This document shows positions 1 through 8,082 of a stretch of DNA of 32,000 bases, piece by piece. Both the position numbers and the translations under genes were made by a program. The stretch lies in assembly GCF_042660085.1 (NCBI RefSeq), contig NZ_JBHSTI010000002.1:240001-272000 (forward strand). The letters run 5' to 3'. Below the pieces are notes generated by a model. The model did no database searches, was not told the origin of the DNA, and saw nothing but the letters and a program-made list of their open reading frames with translations. This DNA is from Longivirga aurantiaca (GTDB lineage Bacteria > Actinomycetota > Actinomycetes > S36-B12 > CAIYMF01). Numbering within the stretch: position 1 is the first letter of the stretch; each line of letters starts with the position of its first letter.

Positions 1-1
1 G

Positions 2-832
2 CTGCCGCCGCACCGACGTCCGGTGAACCTCATGTTCCAGTCGTACGCGTTGTTCCCCCACATGTCGGTGGAGAAGAACATCGCGTACGGCCTCGAGCGC
101 GAGGGTCTTCCGAAGGAAGAGATCCGCACGAGGGTCGCCGAGGTGCTCACCACGGTGGGGCTCTCCGACCTCGCGCGCCGGAGGCCGAACCAGCTCTCGG
201 GCGGCCAGCGCCAGCGCGTGGCGCTCGCCCGCGCGATCGTCAAGCGTCCGCGGCTGCTCCTGCTCGACGAGCCTCTCTCGGCCCTCGACCGCAAGGTGCG
301 CGCCGAGATGCAGCTCGAGCTCAAGCGTCTCCAGCACGAGGTCGGCATCACCTTCGTGGTCGTCACCCATGACCAGGAGGAGGCGATGTCGATGGCCGAC
401 CGCATCGCGGTGATGGGTTCCGGCCGCGTGCAGCAGGTCGACTCGCCCATCGACCTCTATCAGCGGCCCGCCACGCGCTTCGTCGCGGACTTCATCGGCA
501 CCAGCAACCAGTTCACCGGCACCGCCGCCGAAGGCGGCGTGCTCGTCAACGGCGTCGTGCTCCCGGGCCAGCCCACGGGAGGGGCGCCCACCGGTGCGGC
601 CGTGCTCGTGGTCCGCCCCGAGGACACGCGCCTGGTCGACGAGGCGTCGGCGTACGTCAGCGGCACGGTCGTCGACACGCAGTTCTACGGCGGCGTCTCG
701 ACCGTGGCCGTCGAGGTGCCCGGCCACGGTGCCCCCGTGCTGCACACTCGGCCGGGCGCACCCGAGGCTGATCGCGGTGCCGTGGTCCATATCTCCTGGG
801 ACGCGGCCAAGGCCGTCGTGCTCGCGGGCTGA
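2..832 (+). CDS. ABC transporter ATP-binding protein, PotA-like (5' truncated by the window edge)
   Basis: Reading frame open from base 2 ([21 protein letters not shown]); Q-loop, signature [14 protein letters not shown], Walker [13 protein letters not shown], switch [18 protein letters not shown]-terminal TOBE-like region. Followed by polyamine-catabolism-like enzymes. Confidence 0.9.
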   Translation: MPPHRRPVNLMFQSYALFPHMSVEKNIAYGLEREGLPKEEIRTRVAEVLTTVGLSDLARRRPNQLSGGQRQRVALARAIVKRPRLLLLDEPLSALDRKVRAEMQLELKRLQHEVGITFVVVTHDQEEAMSMADRIAVMGSGRVQQVDSPIDLYQRPATRFVADFIGTSNQFTGTAAEGGVLVNGVVLPGQPTGGAPTGAAVLVVRPEDTRLVDEASAYVSGTVVDTQFYGGVSTVAVEVPGHGAPVLHTRPGAPEADRGAVVHISWDAAKAVVLAG

Positions 833-844
833 GGGGCTGCGCCC

Positions 845-2257
845 GTGACCCTCGCCTCGTCGTCCGCGCTGGTGGACCCCGCACTCCGTGACGCGGAGCA
901 CCGGGTCTTCTGGACGGACCGCCCGGATGCGCCTCCGGCGGCGCCGCCGCTCGCCAGTCGGGTGCGCACCGACCTGCTCGTGATCGGCGGCGGTCTCACC
1001 GGGCTGTGGACCGCGATCGAGGCGCTGCGCCGCGACCCGTCGCGCGACGTGATGCTGCTCGAGGCCGACGTCGTCGGGTCCGGGGCTTCGGGCCGCAACG
1101 GCGGCTTCATCTCCGAGTCGCTGACGCACGGCATCGCGCACGGCAACGAGACCTGGCCGTCCGAGATGCCCGAGCTGCTGCGGCTCGGTCGCGAGAACCT
1201 CGCGGAGATCGCGGACTTCGTCGCTGCGGAGGGGATCGACGCGCAGCTGCGGCTCCGGGGCAAGTCGCTCATCGCAGTCACGCCCCACCAGCTGGCCGGC
1301 CTCGCCTCCGCCCACCGGCAGCACCAGGCGGCCGGTGAGGACTCCGAGCTCCTCGATGCCGAGGCTGCGCGTACCGACGTCGACTCGCCGACGTACCTCG
1401 GTGCGCTGCGGGTGCGGACCGGCGGCGGCACGCTCGACCCCGCGGCCCTGTGCTGGGGCTTGCGCTGCGCTGCCCTCGCACGCGGCGCACGTCTGCACGA
1501 GCACTCACCGGTGACCGGGATCGCGGCAACGGCAAGCGGTGTCGAGGTGACGACGGCGAGCGGCTCGGTGCAGGCCCAGCGGGTGGTGCTCGGCACCAAC
1601 GCCTTCCCGCCGCTGCTCCGCCGGCTGCGCAGCTGGATCCTGCCGGTGTACGACCACGTGCTCGTCACCGAGCCGCTCACGCCGTCGCAGCGCGCGTCGA
1701 TCGGATGGCGCGAGGAGCAGGGGCTCACCGACGCCGGCAACCAGTTCCACTACTACCGGATCACGCCCGACGGCCGGATCCTGTGGGGCGGATACGACGC
1801 GATCTACCACTTCGCCGGTCGTGGCCCGGCCTCGGTGGAGGCGCGCGAGCAGTCGTTCCGCACGCTCGCGACGCACTTCCTCGACACGTTTCCCCAGCTC
1901 GAAGGACTCCGTTTCACCCATCGGTGGTTCGGTGCGATCGACACGACGTCGCGCTTCACGCCGCTCTTCGGCACGGCGATGGGTGGGCACGTCGCGTACT
2001 CCGTCGGCTACACCGGCCTCGGCGTGGGTGCGTCGCGGTTCGGTGCGCGGACGGCGCTCGATCTTGTCGACGGCGTCGCCAGCGAGAGGACTGCCCTCGA
2101 GCTCGTACGCCGTCGGCCCGTCCCGTTCCCGCCCGAGCCGGTGCGCTACCCGCTCGTGCGGCTGACCCAGGCGGCGCTCGCCCGCGAGGACGTCAGCGGG
2201 CGCCGCGGCACCTACCTCCGACTGCTCGACCGGCTCGGCGTCGGCTTCAACAGCTGA
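845..2257 (+). CDS. FAD-dependent amine oxidase / gamma-glutamylputrescine oxidoreductase-like (DAO family)
   Basis: DLLVIGGGLTGLWTAIEAL dinucleotide-binding motif, GSGASGRNGGF motif, C-terminal GYTGLGVGASRFGARTALDLV; GTG start 12 bp after the upstream gene. Confidence 0.85.
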   Translation: MTLASSSALVDPALRDAEHRVFWTDRPDAPPAAPPLASRVRTDLLVIGGGLTGLWTAIEALRRDPSRDVMLLEADVVGSGASGRNGGFISESLTHGIAHGNETWPSEMPELLRLGRENLAEIADFVAAEGIDAQLRLRGKSLIAVTPHQLAGLASAHRQHQAAGEDSELLDAEAARTDVDSPTYLGALRVRTGGGTLDPAALCWGLRCAALARGARLHEHSPVTGIAATASGVEVTTASGSVQAQRVVLGTNAFPPLLRRLRSWILPVYDHVLVTEPLTPSQRASIGWREEQGLTDAGNQFHYYRITPDGRILWGGYDAIYHFAGRGPASVEAREQSFRTLATHFLDTFPQLEGLRFTHRWFGAIDTTSRFTPLFGTAMGGHVAYSVGYTGLGVGASRFGARTALDLVDGVASERTALELVRRRPVPFPPEPVRYPLVRLTQAALAREDVSGRRGTYLRLLDRLGVGFNS

Positions 2258-2299
2258 CCGCCGGCCCGACCTCGCACCGCGAACGCACCAGGAGCTGCC

Positions 2300-3760
2300 A
2301 TGACCGCTGGCCTGCACATCGACGGCACCACCCGCCCCGGCACCGGTGGCGTCCGCGTGCTGCACGACCCGGCCGACGGATCCGTCACGGCCGAAGTGCA
2401 CGAGGCGTCGACGTCCGAGGTGGCCGAGGCGGTCTCCTCGGCGCGCTCCGCCCAGGAGGCGTGGGCCGGCCGCACGGCCGGCGAGCGAGCACGCGTCCTC
2501 CTGAAGCTGGCAGACCTCGTGGAGGATCGTGGGGAGGCGCTGACCGAGCTCGAGGTGCGCGAGTCGGGCAAGCCCTGGGCGACCTTCCTCGACGGCGAGC
2601 TGCCCTTCGCCGCCGACAACCTGCGCTTCTTCGCCGGATCGGCCCGATCGTTGGAGGGCACGGGCGCGGGGGTGCTGTCGTCGGGCTACACGTCGATGCT
2701 GCTGCGGCGCCCGGTCGGCGTCGTCGGCTCGATCGCGCCGTGGAACTTCCCGTTCATCATGGGGGTCTGGAAGATAGGCCCGGCGCTGGCCGCGGGCAAC
2801 GCCGTGGTGCTCAAGCCCGCACCGGCGACGCCGAGCTCGTCGATCCTGCTGGCCGAGCTGGCCGCCGAGGCGGGACTCCCGCCGGGCGTGCTCAACGTGG
2901 TGACGGGCGGTGCCGACGTCGGCACGGCGCTCGTCTCGGACCCGGGCACCGACATGGTGTCGGTCACAGGCTCGTCGGCCACGGGCCGTGCGGTGATGGC
3001 CGCGGCCGCTGAGACGGCCAAGCGCGTGCACCTCGAGCTGGGCGGCAAGGCCCCCGCGATCGTGTTCGCGGACGCCGACCTCGAGGCGATGGCGCGGGCT
3101 GTCGCCCTGGGGGCGACGTACAACTCGGGCCAGGACTGCACCGCGGCGACCCGCGTGTACGTCGATCGCTCCCGCTACGCCGACGCCGTCGACGCGATGG
3201 CCGCAGTCATCCGGGCGATCCGCGTGGGCGCGCCGCGCGAGGAGGGCACCGACATCGGTCCGCTCATCACGCGCGAGCACCGCGACCGCGTGCACGGTTT
3301 CGTCAGCCGGGCCGCCGAGGCGGGTGCGGAGATCGTCGTCGGAGGCGAGCTGCCGGACGGCGCGGGGGCGTACTACGCGCCGACTCTCGTAGCCGGACCC
3401 CGGCAGGACAGCGAGATCGTGCAGGGCGAGGTGTTCGGCCCCGTCCTCGTCGTGCTGCCGTTCGACTCCGAGGACGACGCCGTACGGCTCGCGAACGACT
3501 CGCGGTACGGCCTGGCGTCATCGGTGTGGACGCAAGATGTCGGGCGCGCGCTGCGGGTGAGCCACCGCCTCGACGTCGGCGTCACGTGGGTGAACGACCA
3601 CCTGCCGATCGCGTCCGAGGCGCCGCATGGCGGCGTGAAGGGCAGCGGCTTCGGCAAGGACATGAGCCACGAGGCGGTGCTGGAGTACACCGTGACGCGC
3701 CATCTGATGGTCAAGCACGCGGCGCCGGTCGTCGACCTCAGCAGCTTCCGCCCCGCCTGA
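2300..3760 (+). CDS. Aldehyde dehydrogenase, probably gamma-aminobutyraldehyde/aminoaldehyde dehydrogenase
   Basis: ALDH motifs SIAPWNFPFIMGVWKIGPALAAGNAVVLKPA, LELGGKAPAIVFADADL, catalytic Cys in NSGQDCTAATR, QGEVFGPVLVV; position after an amine oxidase. Confidence 0.85.
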   Translation: MTAGLHIDGTTRPGTGGVRVLHDPADGSVTAEVHEASTSEVAEAVSSARSAQEAWAGRTAGERARVLLKLADLVEDRGEALTELEVRESGKPWATFLDGELPFAADNLRFFAGSARSLEGTGAGVLSSGYTSMLLRRPVGVVGSIAPWNFPFIMGVWKIGPALAAGNAVVLKPAPATPSSSILLAELAAEAGLPPGVLNVVTGGADVGTALVSDPGTDMVSVTGSSATGRAVMAAAAETAKRVHLELGGKAPAIVFADADLEAMARAVALGATYNSGQDCTAATRVYVDRSRYADAVDAMAAVIRAIRVGAPREEGTDIGPLITREHRDRVHGFVSRAAEAGAEIVVGGELPDGAGAYYAPTLVAGPRQDSEIVQGEVFGPVLVVLPFDSEDDAVRLANDSRYGLASSVWTQDVGRALRVSHRLDVGVTWVNDHLPIASEAPHGGVKGSGFGKDMSHEAVLEYTVTRHLMVKHAAPVVDLSSFRPA

Positions 3761-3785
3761 CCCCTCGCCCCCGGGGTGCGAGTGA

Positions 3786-3824
3786 TCAATCCGTCGCTTC
3801 CCGGCCCCGGAAGCAACGGATTGA
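3786..3824. terminator. Stem-loop between convergent genes, candidate bidirectional terminator
   Basis: TCAATCCGT-c-GCTTCC / loop / GGAAGC-a-ACGGATTGA between the convergent stops of the aldehyde dehydrogenase and the CPBP gene. Confidence 0.65.
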
Positions 3825-3845
3825 CCAGGGTGAGCGGGTGGGGGG

Positions 3846-4688
3846 TCAGGGGAGCCAGCTGACCTTGCCGCCGAGGAGGGCGTAGCCCACGAACGCGACG
3901 GCGTCGATGAGGAAGTGCGCGACGACGAAGGGCATCACGCGGCGCCAGCGGCGGTAGAGCACGCCGAACACCAGGCCCATCGCGATGTTGCCGACGAAGC
4001 CGCCGAAGCCCTGGTAGAGGTGGTACGCCCCCCGCAGGAATGCGCTGGTGCCCAACGCCTTCCACGGCTTCCAGCCGAGCTGGTCGGCGCGGTGCAGGAG
4101 GTAGGCGAGGACGATGACCTCTTCGACGATCGCGTTGTAGGCGGCGTACAGGATCGGGTATGCGGCGTTCCACCAGCCGCCCTCGAGCGTCACGGCGGCG
4201 ATCCGCACGCTGAAGCCCATGTTGTAGGCGATCAGGTAGAAGACGAGACCGACGCCCCCGATGCCGGCGGCGAGCGCGGCGCCGCGCAGCAGGTCGCGCT
4301 TCCAGTCGCGGAGGTCGAACCCGATCGTGCGCGCACCCTCGCCGCTGCGGCGCAGCAGGTGGATCACGAGCAGCACGGGGATGAGCGCGAGACCGATGCG
4401 GGTGGCCTGGTACATGAAGTCGAGCCACGGGCGGTCGATGACGTAGGTCGTGATCAGGGTGGTCGTCTGCTGGCGCAGCGGAGTGCCCTTGGTGAGGGAG
4501 TCGACCAACGAGACGAACGAGCGCAGCGCCGACGCCGCGATCGAGACCCAGAGGACCAGCCACACCTCGGCGAGGAGGGTGCGTCGGTCGGGGATAGTCC
4601 GCGGGGCGGTCTCCGGTGCCAGGGCGGGCGGGCCCGGGCGCTCAGCCGCCTCGGCGGGCTGGTCGGGCGTGCCGTCCGTGCTGCTCAT
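3846..4688 (-). CDS. CPBP family intramembrane metalloprotease
   Basis: 280 aa from MSSTDGTPDQ; multiple hydrophobic segments, AIVEEVIVLAYLLHR (EE motif), RGAYHLYQGFGGFVGNIAMG, VAHFLIDAV (His). Confidence 0.85.
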   Translation of the reverse strand: MSSTDGTPDQPAEAAERPGPPALAPETAPRTIPDRRTLLAEVWLVLWVSIAASALRSFVSLVDSLTKGTPLRQQTTTLITTYVIDRPWLDFMYQATRIGLALIPVLLVIHLLRRSGEGARTIGFDLRDWKRDLLRGAALAAGIGGVGLVFYLIAYNMGFSVRIAAVTLEGGWWNAAYPILYAAYNAIVEEVIVLAYLLHRADQLGWKPWKALGTSAFLRGAYHLYQGFGGFVGNIAMGLVFGVLYRRWRRVMPFVVAHFLIDAVAFVGYALLGGKVSWLP

Positions 4689-4869
4689 GCTCCCGACCGT
4701 ACGGCGTGCGGGCGTGCTCCCGGTCGCCGGGACACGGTGCGGTCTGCGGGCACGGCGTCGTACTCCTGCTCGGTGGGGCCCAGGCGGAATGGGGGCGGGT
4801 GCGGTGGCGTTGCCTTCAGGGATGACGTGCGCAGGAGCGCGCGGGTTCCGACTGTTGGAGAATGGGCGC

Positions 4870-5793
4870 ATGCGACCGGAGAACCTGTACGAGATCGTGA
4901 TCGACGACGTCGACGTCGAGTCGCCCGTCCTCGTGCACGCGCTCGGCGGCTTCCTCGACGCCGGGGCCGCCCGGCAGCTGGCCGTGGCGCACCTGCTCGC
5001 GACGTACGAGCACCGGACCGTGGCCGAGTTCGACATCGACGCGCTGTACGACTACCGCGCGCGCCGTCCGCGGATGATCTTCGACACCGACCACTACGAG
5101 TCGATCGACTACCCCGAGCTGCGGCTCTCGGAGCTCACCGATCAGAACGGCACCGGCTTCTTCCTGCTGCACGGCCCCGAGCCCGACTTCGGGTGGCGCT
5201 CGTTCAACGCCGCCGTGGTGCAGCTCGTCGAGAGGTACGGCGTACGCCGCTCCATCGGTCTCAACGCGATCCCCTGGGCGACTCCGCACACGCGCCCGAT
5301 CGGTGTGACCGCGCACGCGACCGATCCGTCGATCGTGATGGGACGCTCGACGTTCGTGGGTGCGATCCAGGTGCCCGGCCACCTGGCGGGTGCGCTCGAG
5401 CTCGCCATCGGCGACGCGGGGCACGAGGCCATGGGCTTCGCGGTCCACATCCCGCACTACCTCACCCAGGTCGAGTACCCGCGCGCTGCCGTGCAGCTGC
5501 TGCAGGAGGTCGCCGTAGCCGGCGATCTCGCGCTCGACTGGTCGGCGCTCGAGATCGCGGCCGACATCGCCGATCGCGAGATCAACGAGCAGGTGGCCGC
5601 GAACCCCGAGAACCTCGAGGCCGTGCACGCCCTCGAGGCGCAGTACGACGCCATGGCCCGCGGGGCGGCGACGGCGCTGCGGATGGCCGACCTCGTCGAC
5701 GACGAGGAGCTGCCGAGCGGCGACGAGATCGCCGCCCAGCTCGAGGACTTCCTCCGCGAGATGGACGAGGGCAAGCCCGAAGACCGCTCCTGA
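4870..5793 (+). CDS. PAC2 family protein (proteasome-assembly-chaperone-like)
   Basis: MRPENLYEIVIDDVDVESPVLVHALGGFLDAGAA, HGPEPDFGWRSF, GLNAIPWATPHTRPIGVTAHA, acidic C-terminus; typical actinobacterial PAC2 pattern. Confidence 0.8.
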   Translation: MRPENLYEIVIDDVDVESPVLVHALGGFLDAGAARQLAVAHLLATYEHRTVAEFDIDALYDYRARRPRMIFDTDHYESIDYPELRLSELTDQNGTGFFLLHGPEPDFGWRSFNAAVVQLVERYGVRRSIGLNAIPWATPHTRPIGVTAHATDPSIVMGRSTFVGAIQVPGHLAGALELAIGDAGHEAMGFAVHIPHYLTQVEYPRAAVQLLQEVAVAGDLALDWSALEIAADIADREINEQVAANPENLEAVHALEAQYDAMARGAATALRMADLVDDEELPSGDEIAAQLEDFLREMDEGKPEDRS

Positions 5794-5802
5794 CCCTCGC
5801 TG

Positions 5803-5913
5803 GGGTTTGCGATGAAGGCGACCCTCATCCAATAGAGCCGAACAATCCTTCCCATCATCCGATTGCGATGACGGGGGCCTTCGTAGCTCAGAGCGCAACA
5901 AACTAGGCCTTCA
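5803..5913. repeat. Left arm of a ~111-bp inverted repeat (IR-L)
   Basis: gggtttgcgatgaaggcgaccctcatccaatagagccgaacaatccttcccatcatccgattgcgatga... matches the reverse complement of 7263-7373 with only about 3 mismatches by eye. Confidence 0.95.
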
Positions 5914-7102
5914 TCAGTCGACCGCGGGGGCGGGCGGCAGCGACGGCGACCGCGGTCAGCGCCACCGTCGTCACGGCCAGCGCCAGCATCGCCGCTCCCG
6001 GTCCCCCCGCGTCGACGAGCACACCGGCCAGCGCCGTGCCGAACGCCGTCCCCACGTTGAACGCCGAGTTCACCCACGACGTCGCCTCCGCGCTGGACCC
6101 TGTGACGGCATCGTCGGCGATCACGTACGACGCCACCACGGCCGGCGCGACGAACACGCCCGCCACGAGGAACGCCAGCAGCATCGGCACCAGCCAGCCC
6201 GAGACCGCCGCCGCGACCAGGACGGCCGAAGCGCTGCCGAGCACCAGCACGACCGCCTGACGCCGTACGCCGCCCGGCCACAGCCGGCGGCCGTAGAGCA
6301 GCCCGCCGCCGATGCTGCCGATCGCGATCAGCGCGGCCGGCACGCCGGCGAGCTCGGCACCGGCAAGGCGCAGCACGGCCGCCACCGCCGCGAGCTCGAG
6401 GCCACCGAGCAGCAGGCCGACCGCCGTCGCCGGCAGCAGCCCCAGCAGGAACCGCGCGCTGCGCCACGGCACGCGCGGCCGCACCGCGACGGCGTCGCCG
6501 ACGGCGTCGCGCAAGGTCCGCAGCACCACCGCCATTCCGAGGCACGCGAGGAGCAGGAGCAACGACGACGCGATCAGCACGGGCCCGGGCGCGAGGCGCG
6601 CGACGGCGACCGCCGCGATCAGCGGGCCGACGACGTACAGCACCTCCTCGGCCACGGAGTCGAGGGAGAACGCCGCCCGCAGCGACTCGGGCTCGTCGCG
6701 CGTGATGTCGCGCCAGGCCGCGCGCATCACAGGCCCGACCGGAGGCGGGAGACAGCCTGCGAGAAGTGCCGCGGCGACGAGCAGCGGCAGCGGCGCGGTC
6801 GCGAGCAGGAGCAGCAGCCCGATGCCGAGCGCGTATGCGACGGCGGCGACGACCAGCACTCGGCCATGGCCGAACCGGTCCGCGGCCCGCGCACGCAGCG
6901 GGCCGAGCAGTCCGGCGGTCAGCCCGACGGCGGCGGTGGCGGCACCGGCCTCGGCGTACGAGTCGCGGACGTCGGCGAGCAGGAGCAGCGTGACGAGCGG
7001 CAGCACGCCGTACTGCAGCCGGGCCAGCGCTGCCCACAGGGTGAGCGAAGCGGCGCTGGGCAGGCGCAGCAGGGCGAGATAGCCGCGAGGAGCGGCGGGC
7101 AT
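5903..7102 (-). CDS. MFS transporter
   Basis: 399 aa, about 12 hydrophobic segments (MPAAPRGYLALLRLPSAASLTLWAALARLQYG...); GGAAGG ribosome-binding site upstream of the ATG; TAG stop lies inside IR-L. Confidence 0.8.
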   Translation of the reverse strand: MPAAPRGYLALLRLPSAASLTLWAALARLQYGVLPLVTLLLLADVRDSYAEAGAATAAVGLTAGLLGPLRARAADRFGHGRVLVVAAVAYALGIGLLLLLATAPLPLLVAAALLAGCLPPPVGPVMRAAWRDITRDEPESLRAAFSLDSVAEEVLYVVGPLIAAVAVARLAPGPVLIASSLLLLLACLGMAVVLRTLRDAVGDAVAVRPRVPWRSARFLLGLLPATAVGLLLGGLELAAVAAVLRLAGAELAGVPAALIAIGSIGGGLLYGRRLWPGGVRRQAVVLVLGSASAVLVAAAVSGWLVPMLLAFLVAGVFVAPAVVASYVIADDAVTGSSAEATSWVNSAFNVGTAFGTALAGVLVDAGGPGAAMLALAVTTVALTAVAVAAARPRGRLMKA

Positions 7103-7262
7103 GGGGACGACCTTCCGGCACGGGGCGCGACGGCACGACAACGGTGCGGACGACGAGGTCCGCGGGCTGCGTGGCGTCAGGTCACGGCGGGGTGCAGGTC
7201 ACGTCCCGACCGTAGCGCGAGATGACCGGGCACGGCAGGCGACGGCCGCGGGCCGCTGTCGG

Positions 7263-7373
7263 TGAAGGCCCAGTTTGTTGCGCTCTGAGCAACGAAGGCC
7301 CCCTTCATCGCAATCGGATGATGGGAAGGATTGTTCGGCTCTATTGGATGAGGGTCGCCTTCATCGCAAACCC
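7263..7373. repeat. Right arm of the ~111-bp inverted repeat (IR-R)
   Basis: tgaaggcccagtttgttgcgctctgagcaacgaaggcccccttcatcgcaatcggatgatgggaaggattgttcggctctattggatgagggtcgccttcatcgcaaaccc; inverted copy of 5803-5913. Confidence 0.95.
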
Positions 7374-7380
7374 AGAGGCG

Positions 7381-8082
7381 CTAGGGGAGGGTGAGGGTGG
7401 AGCCGGCGGGGTGCTCGACGCGCTTGCCGTGGCCGAGGACCCAGACCGACTGCCGGCCCTGAACGGTCCACTCGTGCGGTCCGCCGACGAGCGCGGTGTC
7501 CTCGTCGATGCCGAGCAGTGTCACGCCGTCCGGCAGGCCGAGCAGCGCGTTGCGCAGCATGTCGGGCACCCAGGCAGCCATCTTGTCGAAGTGCGGGATC
7601 ACGCGGACGTGCGGCACGAGGCCGAGGCCCGTCGGCTGCTCGGCGCGCATCGAGCGCATCCGCGGAGCCCAGCCCGAGAGCGCCATCGCGCCGGCGCTGC
7701 ACCCAGCGATCGCCGCACCCGCCTCGTGGGCGCGCACGATCGCGTGCCACACAGCCGTCTGGCGCAGGGTCTCGGCAAGGTACGCCGGGTTGCCGCCCGA
7801 GAGGTAGATGAGGCCGGCGCCCTCGAGGAGCGCCGCCAGGGACGCGTCCTCGGCGTCCTCGCGGGTGCGGACGTCGACGACGACCTGCTCGACGCCGAGC
7901 CGCTCGGCCTGCGCCCGTCCGAGGCTGTGCCAGCGCGCGAGCGACGCGTCGCCCTCGGGCGCGGCCGCGGTGGCGAGCTGCACGTACTTCGGTGCGCGGC
8001 CCGCGATGAGCGCGCCCTCGATGTCGGTCATGACGGGCAGGTACTCGCCCGAACCGACCAGTGCGATCGGTGCCGTGCTCAT
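7381..8082 (-). CDS. Peptidase S51 / type 1 glutamine amidotransferase-like protein
   Basis: MSTAPIALVGSGEYLP..., GAAIAGCSAGAMAL nucleophile elbow, VIPHFDK, GIDEDTALVG; ATG overlaps the upstream stop (ATGA). Confidence 0.8.
   Translation of the reverse strand: MSTAPIALVGSGEYLPVMTDIEGALIAGRAPKYVQLATAAAPEGDASLARWHSLGRAQAERLGVEQVVVDVRTREDAEDASLAALLEGAGLIYLSGGNPAYLAETLRQTAVWHAIVRAHEAGAAIAGCSAGAMALSGWAPRMRSMRAEQPTGLGLVPHVRVIPHFDKMAAWVPDMLRNALLGLPDGVTLLGIDEDTALVGGPHEWTVQGRQSVWVLGHGKRVEHPAGSTLTLP

Noticed and set aside
5813-5905. Shared peptide-like translation RNRMMGRIVRLYWMRVAFIANP in two minus/plus ORFs.
   Set aside because: It is simply the translation of the two repeat arms extending shadow ORFs; no evidence of coding.
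5803-7373. Interpretation of the inverted repeats as ends of a classical insertion sequence or a defence island.
   Set aside because: The only enclosed gene is an MFS transporter, with no transposase, integrase or nuclease, and no clear target-site duplication beside the arms. Described as a repeat-bracketed unit only.
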